NCBI GenBank assembly: GCA_030603385.1
Contig: JAUVXW010000009.1
Location: forward strand, 1-64,000
Source: Promethearchaeota archaeon
GTDB taxonomy: Archaea > Asgardarchaeota > Lokiarchaeia > Sigyniarchaeales > SOKP01
Length of the DNA stretch: 64,000 nucleotides
Reading direction: 5' to 3'
Shown: positions 9,945 through 19,130 of the stretch, piece by piece
Position numbering within the stretch: position 1 is the first letter of the stretch
Layout: every line of letters starts with the position of its first letter
Notes under the pieces: model-generated
Databases searched by the model: none
What the model was told of the DNA's origin: nothing
What the model saw: only the letters and a program-made list of their open reading frames with translations
Position numbers and translations under genes: made by a program

Positions 9945-10973
9945 TTACTGTTTTGATTTATATAAAGTTTCTGCTGCTTTATAAAAACTTTGCTCTATAT
10001 TCTTACCCGTTAATGCAGATGTTTCAATATATTCGAGGTTTAGCGTTTCGGCTAACTTTAATGCTTCTTCAGTTTGGATTTTTCGCTGTTCTACAAGATC
10101 TTCTTTATTTCCAAAAATTAGTCCAGTTACATCTTTTTCATATCTTTTTATATCATTAAACCAATCGTAAACGCTTTCAAATGATTTAGGGTTAGTAAGA
10201 TCAAATATTAAAATCACAGCATCTGTCCCTTTGTAGAAATGACGCCGCATAATCTCGAATTTACTTTGACCAGCGATATCCCATAGTATCAGATTAATAT
10301 GTTTATCTCCTATGTTCATGAGTCTTTCAGAAATGCTTACACCAAGGGTAGGGACATAGGTTCGCATAAAAGCATTATCAGTAAGTCGCAAAATGGTACT
10401 AGTTTTTCCTACTCCAGGATCACCACACACAACTATTTTGAAATTAGACTCCTGTAATTCCTCTTTAATTTTTTCTTCGGGAAAAGCTTCCAATTCGGAG
10501 GTTGTTTTTTCTTTTTGGTATAAATCATCTAAAATTTCTTTTAAATTTAGTCGGAATTTATCTATTTCAACAAAGATCTCATCACTCTTTGCCTCTCCAT
10601 TTTCTAATGCAATAAGATTCTTAGCACTTTCAGAAAAAACGGGTTCAAGATACTCCATATACTTATAAAAAATAAGATCGTCAGCCTCATTAAACAATAG
10701 AGCAATTGATGACAATGCAACACCCCCTCGTCGAGAATCATCTTCTCTCTCAATATATTTGATAATTCCTTTTAATTTGAATGCAGGGAAGGGCATAATT
10801 ACTAATGAATTAGGAACAATTCCTTGATCGGTAGTGAGCATAGTAATAGTTTTAATACTTACGCCCATTCGAATCTTTTCTGGCAAATCAAGTGGAATCC
10901 ATAAAAGAGGGTTAGGACCAATGGACTCGTCAAGCGAAGTATACACGATTGCTTTGATAATCTCTTCAGACAT
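9945..10973 (-). CDS. NPRL2/uDENN-like longin domain fused to Rab-like GTPase
   Basis: N-terminal IKAIVYTSLDESIGPNP; C-terminal GDPGVGKTS, WDIAGQ, GNKED, TSALTG. Confidence 0.85.
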   Translation of the reverse strand: MSEEIIKAIVYTSLDESIGPNPLLWIPLDLPEKIRMGVSIKTITMLTTDQGIVPNSLVIMPFPAFKLKGIIKYIEREDDSRRGGVALSSIALLFNEADDLIFYKYMEYLEPVFSESAKNLIALENGEAKSDEIFVEIDKFRLNLKEILDDLYQKEKTTSELEAFPEEKIKEELQESNFKIVVCGDPGVGKTSTILRLTDNAFMRTYVPTLGVSISERLMNIGDKHINLILWDIAGQSKFEIMRRHFYKGTDAVILIFDLTNPKSFESVYDWFNDIKRYEKDVTGLIFGNKEDLVEQRKIQTEEALKLAETLNLEYIETSALTGKNIEQSFYKAAETLYKSKQ

Positions 10974-11096
10974 AGTTAAGGTGGTAATATGCTAAAATAG
11001 TTTTTTCATAGTTAAATGAGTTCATCTTATAGAATATAAATAATAAAATATAGAATATTATTTATCCTTATTAGTCTAATCGTATTTTATTCTTTG

Positions 11097-11120
11097 TTCG
11101 TGAAACAAGTCTTTCACGAA
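11097..11120. terminator. Perfect 9-bp inverted repeat TTCGTGAAA-N6-TTTCACGAA (3' hairpin or operator)
   Basis: Lies 15 nt past the stop of 11135..12178 and upstream of its paralog. Confidence 0.4.
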
Positions 11121-11134
11121 GAATTTAAAGTTTA

Positions 11135-12178
11135 TTACTTACGTGATTCGTAAAGTAATTTTGCGAGCGTTGTGAACGCATAATCCACATTTTCTCCCGA
11201 TAAAGCTGAAGTTTCAAGATACTCTAAATTAAACTTTTGGGCTAGTTCTTGAGCACTCTCATTGGTTATTTTCTTATCCTTCTCCAAATCTTTTTTGTTT
11301 CCAATGATATAGCCGGCGATATCTTCATCAAGCATATTAATTTGTTTCTTAATGTCTGAATACCAGATCGGGATATTGCTAAAGGTTTCAGGATTGGTTA
11401 AGTCAAAAACTAAAAATATAGCGTCAGACCCTTGATAAAACTGTTTTCTCATAAGTTTAAATCTTTCTTGACCCCCTACATCCCATAAAACAAGTTGAAT
11501 AATAGTGGAATCTTCAGTTTTAAAAATCTTATTTGAAACATGAACACCTAAGGTTGAAACATATGATCTTCTGAAGGCATTATTAGTATATCTTAAGATT
11601 AAGCTTGTTTTTCCAACAGTTGGATCTCCTACAACTATAATCTTAAATTGATAATCAATTAGGCTTCGATCTCTGAGTGGTTCTGTTAATGCCCCGATTT
11701 TGGACTCTTTTAGTTCTTGTTTTCTAAATTTTTCTAAAAGTTCTGTTACTGCATTTTCAAGATTTATTAATTCATTAGAAAATTTATCTTCACTTGCATT
11801 CGATTTTTCTAAGAAAGCAATATTTTGAGCAATATCATCAAAAGGGCTTGAAATTTCCTTCATATACTTATAGAAAATTACATCATCCATTTCTTGAAAT
11901 AATAAAACTATATTAGATTGACCAATTCCGCCTCGTTTATCAGGATCTTCCCATTGAATATATTTAATCAAACCTTTTAGTTGTAAGGATGGAAATGGTA
12001 AAATAACTAAGGATTCAGGTATAAGGCCTCTCTCACCTGTAAGAACCGCAAAAGTTTTAACACTAATATGCAGTAAATTTAGTTGAGAAAAATCCTCTGG
12101 AGAATATGCTTTCGGATTAGGACCGAGTTCCTCATCCAAATTACTATAAATAATAGCTTTGATTATTTGTCTTTCCAT
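11135..12178 (-). CDS. NPRL2/uDENN-like longin domain fused to Rab-like GTPase (tandem paralog)
   Basis: IKAIIYSNLDEELGPNP; GDPTVGKTS, WDVGGQ, GNKKD, TSALSG; colinear with 9945..10973. Confidence 0.85.
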   Translation of the reverse strand: MERQIIKAIIYSNLDEELGPNPKAYSPEDFSQLNLLHISVKTFAVLTGERGLIPESLVILPFPSLQLKGLIKYIQWEDPDKRGGIGQSNIVLLFQEMDDVIFYKYMKEISSPFDDIAQNIAFLEKSNASEDKFSNELINLENAVTELLEKFRKQELKESKIGALTEPLRDRSLIDYQFKIIVVGDPTVGKTSLILRYTNNAFRRSYVSTLGVHVSNKIFKTEDSTIIQLVLWDVGGQERFKLMRKQFYQGSDAIFLVFDLTNPETFSNIPIWYSDIKKQINMLDEDIAGYIIGNKKDLEKDKKITNESAQELAQKFNLEYLETSALSGENVDYAFTTLAKLLYESRK

Positions 12179-12284
12179 GATAGTTGAAGAATGATAATAA
12201 TATTCAATTGTTAAATATTTGGATCTAACTAATAATAAAATTTATTACTATAAATAATAATCGATAAGAAAAAAAAAAATTGAA

Positions 12285-12998
12285 TTAATCTTTTAATCCT
12301 AAATACATCAGCCAAAATGAGCTAAGGTAACCTAACCTTACAAAAATTACAAGAATTCCAGGAGCCGTTAATCCTTCTAATAATCCAAATATGCAAAAGA
12401 ATAGAGAACCTATCGATAAGAACAAGAAGTTTTTTCGTATTACCCCTGAAGATTTCAAACCTTTAAATAGAAATCCTAACCCAAGAAAGATTAACACAAG
12501 CAATAACAAGACTCCCATCAACATTCCTGCGGGAGTAAGTAGATTAACATTATAATCAATTAAATTTTCAGTTGGAACTAGAGGTGGTTCGGGTTTAAAA
12601 TTAAAAGAACTTAAAGGATACATGAAAATTATAATTTCAAAGAAGATTGAGATAACTAGAACTATGCTAAGAATATGTAGTTTTATTTTTGGGATTAAAA
12701 GTTTTGCTCCAATATACATTGAGGTGATCATAGCAGGTGCAAACCAGATATATGATAAAATGGCAACCATTCCATTGTTTTCCATATTCTCTTTAAAAAA
12801 TAGGACAAATAAGAAGTCTAAAAATACCCCTAAAAACATTAATCCTGCAAGCATATTTGCTAAACCTAAATAAGAAAGTAATTTTGCACCTGTTTTTCGT
12901 GATTTGTAGATGAAGAATAGGCCAAATATAATACCAAGAAGAACCACCCCTGTGGCGGTAATTCCATCAATCCATCCATTTATATCTTCTATTGCCAA
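12285..12998 (-). CDS. Polytopic (about 7 TM) membrane protein
   Basis: Seven hydrophobic segments; GGTGA SD before the TTG start. Confidence 0.7.
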   Translation of the reverse strand: MAIEDINGWIDGITATGVVLLGIIFGLFFIYKSRKTGAKLLSYLGLANMLAGLMFLGVFLDFLFVLFFKENMENNGMVAILSYIWFAPAMITSMYIGAKLLIPKIKLHILSIVLVISIFFEIIIFMYPLSSFNFKPEPPLVPTENLIDYNVNLLTPAGMLMGVLLLLVLIFLGLGFLFKGLKSSGVIRKNFLFLSIGSLFFCIFGLLEGLTAPGILVIFVRLGYLSSFWLMYLGLKD

Positions 12999-13056
12999 AA
13001 GTAGAGTTCACCAAATTAAATAAAATTATTTACTGGAAAAAGATATAATCTTAACT

Positions 13057-13082
13057 TATTATATGACCGATCGGTTTAATAA
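13057..13082. promoter_or_regulatory. Palindromic operator-like site, core ACCGATCGGT
   Basis: 10-bp perfect palindrome at 13066..13075 flanked by TTATTA/TAATAA, about 70 nt upstream of the 12998 start. Confidence 0.4.
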
Positions 13083-13131
13083 ATAATTGGTCTAAAAATA
13101 AGGGGAGAGAGGATCTTCTAAAAAAACTTTT

Positions 13132-13407
13132 TTAGTCTTTGATATTCTCTAAAATGGAGATGATACGGTAAACCGTAGTTCGTGTAGCGAACGGAATGTT
13201 GGCATCCTGTGCAAGATCATCAACCATATACATTACATTGCTAGAAATCACACCAGGAGTCTCATCTTCTTTATGTAATTCATCAACACTCCTTTGAGCC
13301 ACCCGTTTTATGTTTCGGGGCACACTTCGGTCCCCTAACATTCCATTTAAAAGACTTTCAACGATTTCAAAAGCATTCTTAACTTCATCACTAAATTCCT
13401 TAGTCAT
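13132..13407 (-). CDS. UPF0147 family archaeal protein
   Basis: DRSVPRNIKR...DANIP..TRT..Y.IIS.LE. Confidence 0.88.
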   Translation of the reverse strand: MTKEFSDEVKNAFEIVESLLNGMLGDRSVPRNIKRVAQRSVDELHKEDETPGVISSNVMYMVDDLAQDANIPFATRTTVYRIISILENIKD

Positions 13408-13502
13408 AGTCAGAAATCTCCAAAAATAGTGTATTTAGTTAATGAGAAATTTAAATTGTGAAATATTTTTTAAAATATAATTTTTTTGATTTTAAGCAAT
13501 TT

Positions 13503-16415
13503 TCAGTAAATTCCAAATTCCCGGATTTCGCGTTTCATTATAGGAATCTTTTCTTTAAATCCTCTAATTTCACTATTATATTTTTCATAATACTTATCGA
13601 ATTTGTCATCCTTTCCTTGATCTATTTCTTCTATAAATTTATATGATAAATTTTGAATAGTATCAAAAATCTGGTTGAATCGGTCTGTAGATTCCATTAA
13701 TTTTGGATTAACTTCTTTACCTTGCTTTCTAACCATGTTTCGAAGTTTTCCTCTAGGTATTCTAATCTTCTCTATCAATTGATCGCATTCGCTCAAAAAA
13801 TTGTAAGATTTAGTTTTATCTTCTTCACTAAGTCTTGCTTCTATTATTTCTGTCCTATTGCAATTTATACGACCTCGAGCAAATGTATCAAAATTAAGAG
13901 AAATTGAATCAATACCTTCTCTTACCAAGAATCTAAGAAAGTCGGGGTCATCACTTGGGGCTTGTCCGCATATCCCTACTTTTCTCCCGAACTCATGAGC
14001 TGTTTTAATTAAGTGACTAACTGATCTTCTTATTGCTTCGCTATTAGTATTGTAATTGTAATTATTCATTAAAGGAATCATTTTTTCATTATCTCGCCCT
14101 ACTCCATACGTGAGTTGAGTAAGGTCATTTGATCCTATGGAGAATCCGTCGAAATATTGACTAAAAATATCAGCGCAAATAATATTTGATGGAATTTCTG
14201 CCATAACATATACTTTTAGATCGTCTTGACCTCGAATTAATCCTTCGCTTTCCATAATCTCCATTATCTTTTTGGCTTCCTCGGGGCTTCTACAGAAAGG
14301 TAGCATAGGTATAATATTTTTTAACCCCCAATCTCTAGCTTTTTTAATCGCTCGTAATTCTAATATAAATGCTTGCTGAAATTCATCGTGTACATACCGT
14401 GAACATCCTCTGAAGCCCAGCATGGGGTTATTTTCTTCTCCCTCATAAATCCAACCACCAATAAGATTAGCGTATTCATTGGTTTTAAAGTCTGAAAGTC
14501 TTACTACACATTCAGCAGGACTTCCATCAGATAATGTTTTCCATACCCCTGCAGCAATAGTTGCGATCCCTTCAGCTAATTTTTCAACGTAAAATTCTTC
14601 TTTATTGTCGTAGCCAACTGTTAGTTCTCTAATTTTGTCTAAAGTTTGCTTTAGTTGAAAAATTTCTTGATTAAAAGGATCTTTATGGTATAAATCGCTT
14701 TTTTTAATATTCTCAATCTTATTTCTTTGGTCCAAAAGTATATCATATCTCATTATTAAAGCTGCAAAGTCAATTAACGCATTGGGATGAATCTGAATTT
14801 CGTCATTAATTATAAATTCTAGCCTTGCTAATCCAGTTCCATCTGGGTGTTTTCCAGAAGAAAGTGCTCCCTTTGGAATTCCTAAATTTACTAACACCTT
14901 AGTTTTTGTTTGAGGGAGTTTAGCAAATTCAATTGTATCAAAATCATATTCTACATCTTCCTTCCATATTCTTGACTCACCCTCACTGCAATCAATGGTG
15001 ACATATTCCATTCCTTCGCGTTGTTGTTCTTTCATTATTTGTACTATATTATCAGCACCAACAATAGAAGCTATATTTAATTCTCTCGAAACAATCGCGG
15101 CGTGACAGGTTGGTCCTCCGCGGCACGTGATTACACCCCCTAAATTCTGCATATAAGATGTCCAATCAGGATTAGTTTCTTCAGTGATAAGGATATCACC
15201 CTCCTTTAATAGATGAGCATTATTGATAGATTCTATTATTTTTACTTTTCCAAACCCAATTCTTCGGCCAATAGCGATTCCTGAGTTTTCAATTAAAAGC
15301 TCATTTTCAATTAGTTCTTGAGGATCTTCTAGAAGATAAAAAATCTCTTCGACATCTCCTTTTATGCTATGGACAGTTTCAGGGCGTGCTTGAACAATAT
15401 AAACTTTTCCGTTGTTACCAACAGCCCATTCAATATCCATCCTTCTACCGTAATGTTTTCTGATTTTTTGGGCATAATCTGCTAAGATTAAAACTTCTTC
15501 TTCTGTTAAGCAAAACTGCATCTGCTTTTCTTCTGACACAGGGACAACTTCAGTTCCAATTTTGTCAGTACCTTTAGAAAAAATCATTATTTTCTCTTTT
15601 TTAACAAGTTCCCGAGAGATAATTCTGAGACCTTTGGGATCATGTTTAAATACGATGAATTCATCGCCTTTTTCAACACCTTGTACAATTAATTCACCTA
15701 AACCCCACGTTCCTCTAATAACAACAACATTTGGATTACCTGAATCTGGGTCTTCCGTAAACATAACACCAGATGCCTTGACACCTCCCAATCCACCCGC
15801 AATTTCCTGGATTCCTACAGATAATTTCACAGAAAAATGATCGAAGCCTGCTCGTTCACGGTACATCGTTGCCCTTGTAGTAAATACAGATGACATATCC
15901 TTTAAGATATATTCTAAGATTTCCATTTCACCAGAAATGTTTAAATGTGTATCCTGTTGTCCTGCAAATGATGCATCAGGTAAATCTTCAGCTGTGGCAG
16001 AACTCCTCACAGCGAATGTAGATTCTTCCCCAATTTTTTCAATTAGTTTGGCATAAGCATTTAAGATCTCATCTGCTAATGAATCTGGAATTTTTGATTG
16101 CTCTATAATATACCTGATATTAGCACAGATTTTATCCACTTTTTCTACAGCTTTAATATCTTCTGATTTTAATTCTTTAGAAATCTTTTTAATGTCTCTT
16201 GCTATTAATTCTCGAAGAGATACTTCCTTCTCTTTAATAGTAAAGAAATTAGTATCTAGAACATAATCAAATGCTTTAGCAGTCACTGCAAAACCAAGTG
16301 GGACTGATATTCCAAAACTCAATAATTCTCCAAGTGATGCGTTTTTACCTCCTACAAGAGGCACATCGCCGACCCTTAAATCTTCAAAGAACTTGATATA
16401 TCTATAATCACTCAT
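13503..16415 (-). CDS. ppsA: Phosphoenolpyruvate synthase (pyruvate,water dikinase)
   Basis: VGGKNASLGE, AVRSSATAEDLPDASFAGQQDT, GGPTCHAAIVSRE (phospho-His), SIGSNDLTQL, GICGQAPS. Confidence 0.95.
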   Translation of the reverse strand: MSDYRYIKFFEDLRVGDVPLVGGKNASLGELLSFGISVPLGFAVTAKAFDYVLDTNFFTIKEKEVSLRELIARDIKKISKELKSEDIKAVEKVDKICANIRYIIEQSKIPDSLADEILNAYAKLIEKIGEESTFAVRSSATAEDLPDASFAGQQDTHLNISGEMEILEYILKDMSSVFTTRATMYRERAGFDHFSVKLSVGIQEIAGGLGGVKASGVMFTEDPDSGNPNVVVIRGTWGLGELIVQGVEKGDEFIVFKHDPKGLRIISRELVKKEKIMIFSKGTDKIGTEVVPVSEEKQMQFCLTEEEVLILADYAQKIRKHYGRRMDIEWAVGNNGKVYIVQARPETVHSIKGDVEEIFYLLEDPQELIENELLIENSGIAIGRRIGFGKVKIIESINNAHLLKEGDILITEETNPDWTSYMQNLGGVITCRGGPTCHAAIVSRELNIASIVGADNIVQIMKEQQREGMEYVTIDCSEGESRIWKEDVEYDFDTIEFAKLPQTKTKVLVNLGIPKGALSSGKHPDGTGLARLEFIINDEIQIHPNALIDFAALIMRYDILLDQRNKIENIKKSDLYHKDPFNQEIFQLKQTLDKIRELTVGYDNKEEFYVEKLAEGIATIAAGVWKTLSDGSPAECVVRLSDFKTNEYANLIGGWIYEGEENNPMLGFRGCSRYVHDEFQQAFILELRAIKKARDWGLKNIIPMLPFCRSPEEAKKIMEIMESEGLIRGQDDLKVYVMAEIPSNIICADIFSQYFDGFSIGSNDLTQLTYGVGRDNEKMIPLMNNYNYNTNSEAIRRSVSHLIKTAHEFGRKVGICGQAPSDDPDFLRFLVREGIDSISLNFDTFARGRINCNRTEIIEARLSEEDKTKSYNFLSECDQLIEKIRIPRGKLRNMVRKQGKEVNPKLMESTDRFNQIFDTIQNLSYKFIEEIDQGKDDKFDKYYEKYNSEIRGFKEKIPIMKREIREFGIY

Positions 16416-16527
16416 TTTAAAGAGAAACCCTTAAGTTATCGTAATAATGAGACTTTCTCCAAATAATAATTATTATTATTCTAATTATAGAATAAACGTT
16501 AATAAAAAAAGTAACGTCAAAAACTAA

Positions 16528-17058
16528 TTATTTTAACTCTTTGAAAAAGATGTCAAAATCTGAAGTAGTATAAAGGCAAAAAATGACCTCTTCAATTTGA
16601 GTATTACCACTTAAATATTCTTTCGCTGTAAAAATCATAATTTTTGAACATTTATCAATAGGATACCCAAAAATGCCTGTAGATATTGCAGGAAATGCTA
16701 TTGTTTTTAATTTATTTTCATCCATTAATTTTAGACTATTCAAGGTTGCATTTTTTAATTTATCATCCTCATTTCCTTCTCCCATTCTAGGTCCTACAGC
16801 ATGGATAACATATTTCGCTTTCAAATCTCCTCCCGTTGTGATAACGGCACCGCCTACAAAAGTGTCACCAATTTTATTACATTCTTCTTGAATAGTGGGT
16901 CCACCTTTTTTCCTAATTGCTCCTGCAACACCTCCACCTAAGATAAGTTGAGCATTTGCAGCATTGACAATAGCATCCGTTTCCGATTCTGTTATATCCC
17001 CTTGGACAAGTTTAATTATAGAATTTTTTACATGAATTTCTTTCATAAAATTACACAT
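16528..17058 (-). CDS. Macro domain (ADP-ribose-binding / O-acetyl-ADP-ribose deacetylase) protein
   Basis: GDIT, DAIVNAAN, GGGVAGAI, VIHAVGP, FPAISTGIFG. Confidence 0.93.
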   Translation of the reverse strand: MCNFMKEIHVKNSIIKLVQGDITESETDAIVNAANAQLILGGGVAGAIRKKGGPTIQEECNKIGDTFVGGAVITTGGDLKAKYVIHAVGPRMGEGNEDDKLKNATLNSLKLMDENKLKTIAFPAISTGIFGYPIDKCSKIMIFTAKEYLSGNTQIEEVIFCLYTTSDFDIFFKELK

Positions 17059-17129
17059 TAGTTATTGTTTTTAAATATAATATAAGTAGATAGGTTTTTT
17101 AAAAATTTTATAGAAAGAAATAAAAAAAT

Positions 17130-17876
17130 TTAGTGTTTATGATCAGGATCATGGTTTTGTTCTTGTTTCTTAAATACTTCATCTAATTTGGCTTTATCAT
17201 CATCCGACATCTTGCTCATCGCGTCCATTTGTTGTTTCATAAGCATCTTCATGAAATTACTCGATATAATTTGATTTAAAACTGGCAAGGCAATTCTCAT
17301 ACGTGTTAATTCATAATGCATAGTTTTTGCTGTTTCTCTCATCTCGATTAGTTCTTCTTTTGTCATACCTTCTTCACCTATACCAGGACAGTCAGCATCA
17401 ACCACTATGAAATTCTTCCCGTCGAACTCAAGCGGATACGTGCGGCAACTTAAGGGACGGTTATCATAAATGAGACACTTCTTATCATCTTTATTGTATA
17501 AAGGACATTTAACTTCAAGTAGTTCTTCAATTGGTACAGCATCAAATGGATCTTGTGGAGGTCCTTCTCCTTCTCCTTCTCCTTCTTCTTTTTTAACTGG
17601 TGGTAAAGGTTTTAATATTAAATCAATACTGCCATCTGGTTTTTGGTAGATATCTAAGTATGGCATAAAGTTTGCAACGACTCCCTTTCTTGCCCACATT
17701 TCTAAGTCCCAAAATGTAATTGGGATGGGACCTCTATCTAAGCAGCATGCGTCGCAGCGGGTACATTTGAATGTAAATTTAGTTTTAACTTCTTTTTCTT
17801 CATCAACAATTTCTTTTGCTTCCGAATCTTGTATTTCAGGATCTTCTTTTTTTTCTGAGTTTTGATTTTCTGACAT
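17130..17876 (-). CDS. YkgJ-family cysteine-cluster protein
   Basis: CTRCDACC, CPLY...CLIY..RP..CRTYP, CPG. Confidence 0.85.
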   Translation of the reverse strand: MSENQNSEKKEDPEIQDSEAKEIVDEEKEVKTKFTFKCTRCDACCLDRGPIPITFWDLEMWARKGVVANFMPYLDIYQKPDGSIDLILKPLPPVKKEEGEGEGEGPPQDPFDAVPIEELLEVKCPLYNKDDKKCLIYDNRPLSCRTYPLEFDGKNFIVVDADCPGIGEEGMTKEELIEMRETAKTMHYELTRMRIALPVLNQIISSNFMKMLMKQQMDAMSKMSDDDKAKLDEVFKKQEQNHDPDHKH

Positions 17877-17981
17877 TGTTTTTTTCCAAAAATTTATTTA
17901 TCTTAATTTGTCATAAATTACTATATTTCTTTGAAAAAAAGTTTTATTTTTAATTATTATAAACTTAATTGAAATACAATT

Positions 17982-18581
17982 TTATACACTCTTAAATAAT
18001 TTCTCCTTTTTTAATAATCGTCCAAGATTAGCTAAAACCGGTTCAATTACTTCTTTATCTCTAATCCCCGTAAGAACAACCTTCCCCGTACTGAATATTA
18101 AAAATACCGATTTCACAGGAGTAAATAATTTATATGTTAATCCAGGAAATACTTCTGGCTCATAAATAACATTTTCCAATTTGATAGAAGCAGTGTCTAA
18201 ATTAATTTCTTTAGAAAAATCAGCGGTTACCACTATATTGACGACTTGTGTTTCAACTAAATCATTTTTTATATCAATTGGATAAACATCGTTTAGCCTT
18301 ACAATTAGTCTTTTAATTATTAAATCAATGTGGGAGAATGATTTTAACCCGGTTAAAATCAACTTTCCATTCCTAAAAATTATAATTGCACTTTTAGGAT
18401 TACTAAATCTTGTAAAAAGTCCAGGAAAGCGATCTTTATCATATTTTGAGTTTTCTAATTTTTCTGATAATAATACTAAATCTAGATCTTTTTCAATTTT
18501 TAAACATGATTTAACAACGATGTTTTGAATGGTATAGGTTAGACTGCTTTTTTCTTCTCTGGATTTCATTGCAAGAACCAT
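17982..18581 (-). CDS. tbp: TATA-box-binding protein (divergent, likely paralog)
   Basis: Two repeats: IQNIV...FPGL...IFRNGKLILTG and VVNIV...YEPEVFPGL...IFSTGKVVLTG. Confidence 0.9.
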   Translation of the reverse strand: MVLAMKSREEKSSLTYTIQNIVVKSCLKIEKDLDLVLLSEKLENSKYDKDRFPGLFTRFSNPKSAIIIFRNGKLILTGLKSFSHIDLIIKRLIVRLNDVYPIDIKNDLVETQVVNIVVTADFSKEINLDTASIKLENVIYEPEVFPGLTYKLFTPVKSVFLIFSTGKVVLTGIRDKEVIEPVLANLGRLLKKEKLFKSV

Positions 18582-18896
18582 TAAACGACTCCGAAGATTA
18601 GTGATAACCTTAAAACCTTATATACTTATTAAGATAGCATATTATTTAACTATACTATTTTGCTTAAGATCTGCTTAAAATGAGATTTTAACTTCCTTCA
18701 TGGGAAAATTGATGTATCTCTAAAAATTTTTCAAATAAAAAAATCATGAATTAGTAAATTTTAGCTCTTTTGAGCAATCTACTAAAAAAATATAAGACAT
18801 AAAAATAAATAAAAACGACATTTTCACTTTCTAATAAAGGTTTTTTATCAATGGTTAATTTGATTTCTTTATATTAAAATAGTTGTTATCGAGATC

Positions 18897-19130
18897 ATGG
18901 AACAAATAACTTTAAAGAAACTATATTTTTGGATTCTTCTAACAATAAATTTGTTATTCGCTTTTATTATTGGTTTCACTATTCCAATATTGGAAACACA
19001 GAATAGCTATATATTCGGAATTGTAATGATTCCCTTGTTGATTATTTTAAATTACATCATTGTAGATAGATTTCAATTTATTATTGATCAGCTTAATGAT
19101 AAAGAGGAGAAGATCAATGTTAAAGATTAA
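18897..19130 (+). CDS. Small 2-TM protein, archaeosortase-associated
   Basis: Two hydrophobic helices; stop overlaps the start of the archaeosortase gene. Confidence 0.65.
   Translation: MEQITLKKLYFWILLTINLLFAFIIGFTIPILETQNSYIFGIVMIPLLIILNYIIVDRFQFIIDQLNDKEEKINVKD

Noticed and set aside
17563-17590. (TTCTCC)n microsatellite
   Set aside because: Simply encodes an EGEGEG low-complexity linker.
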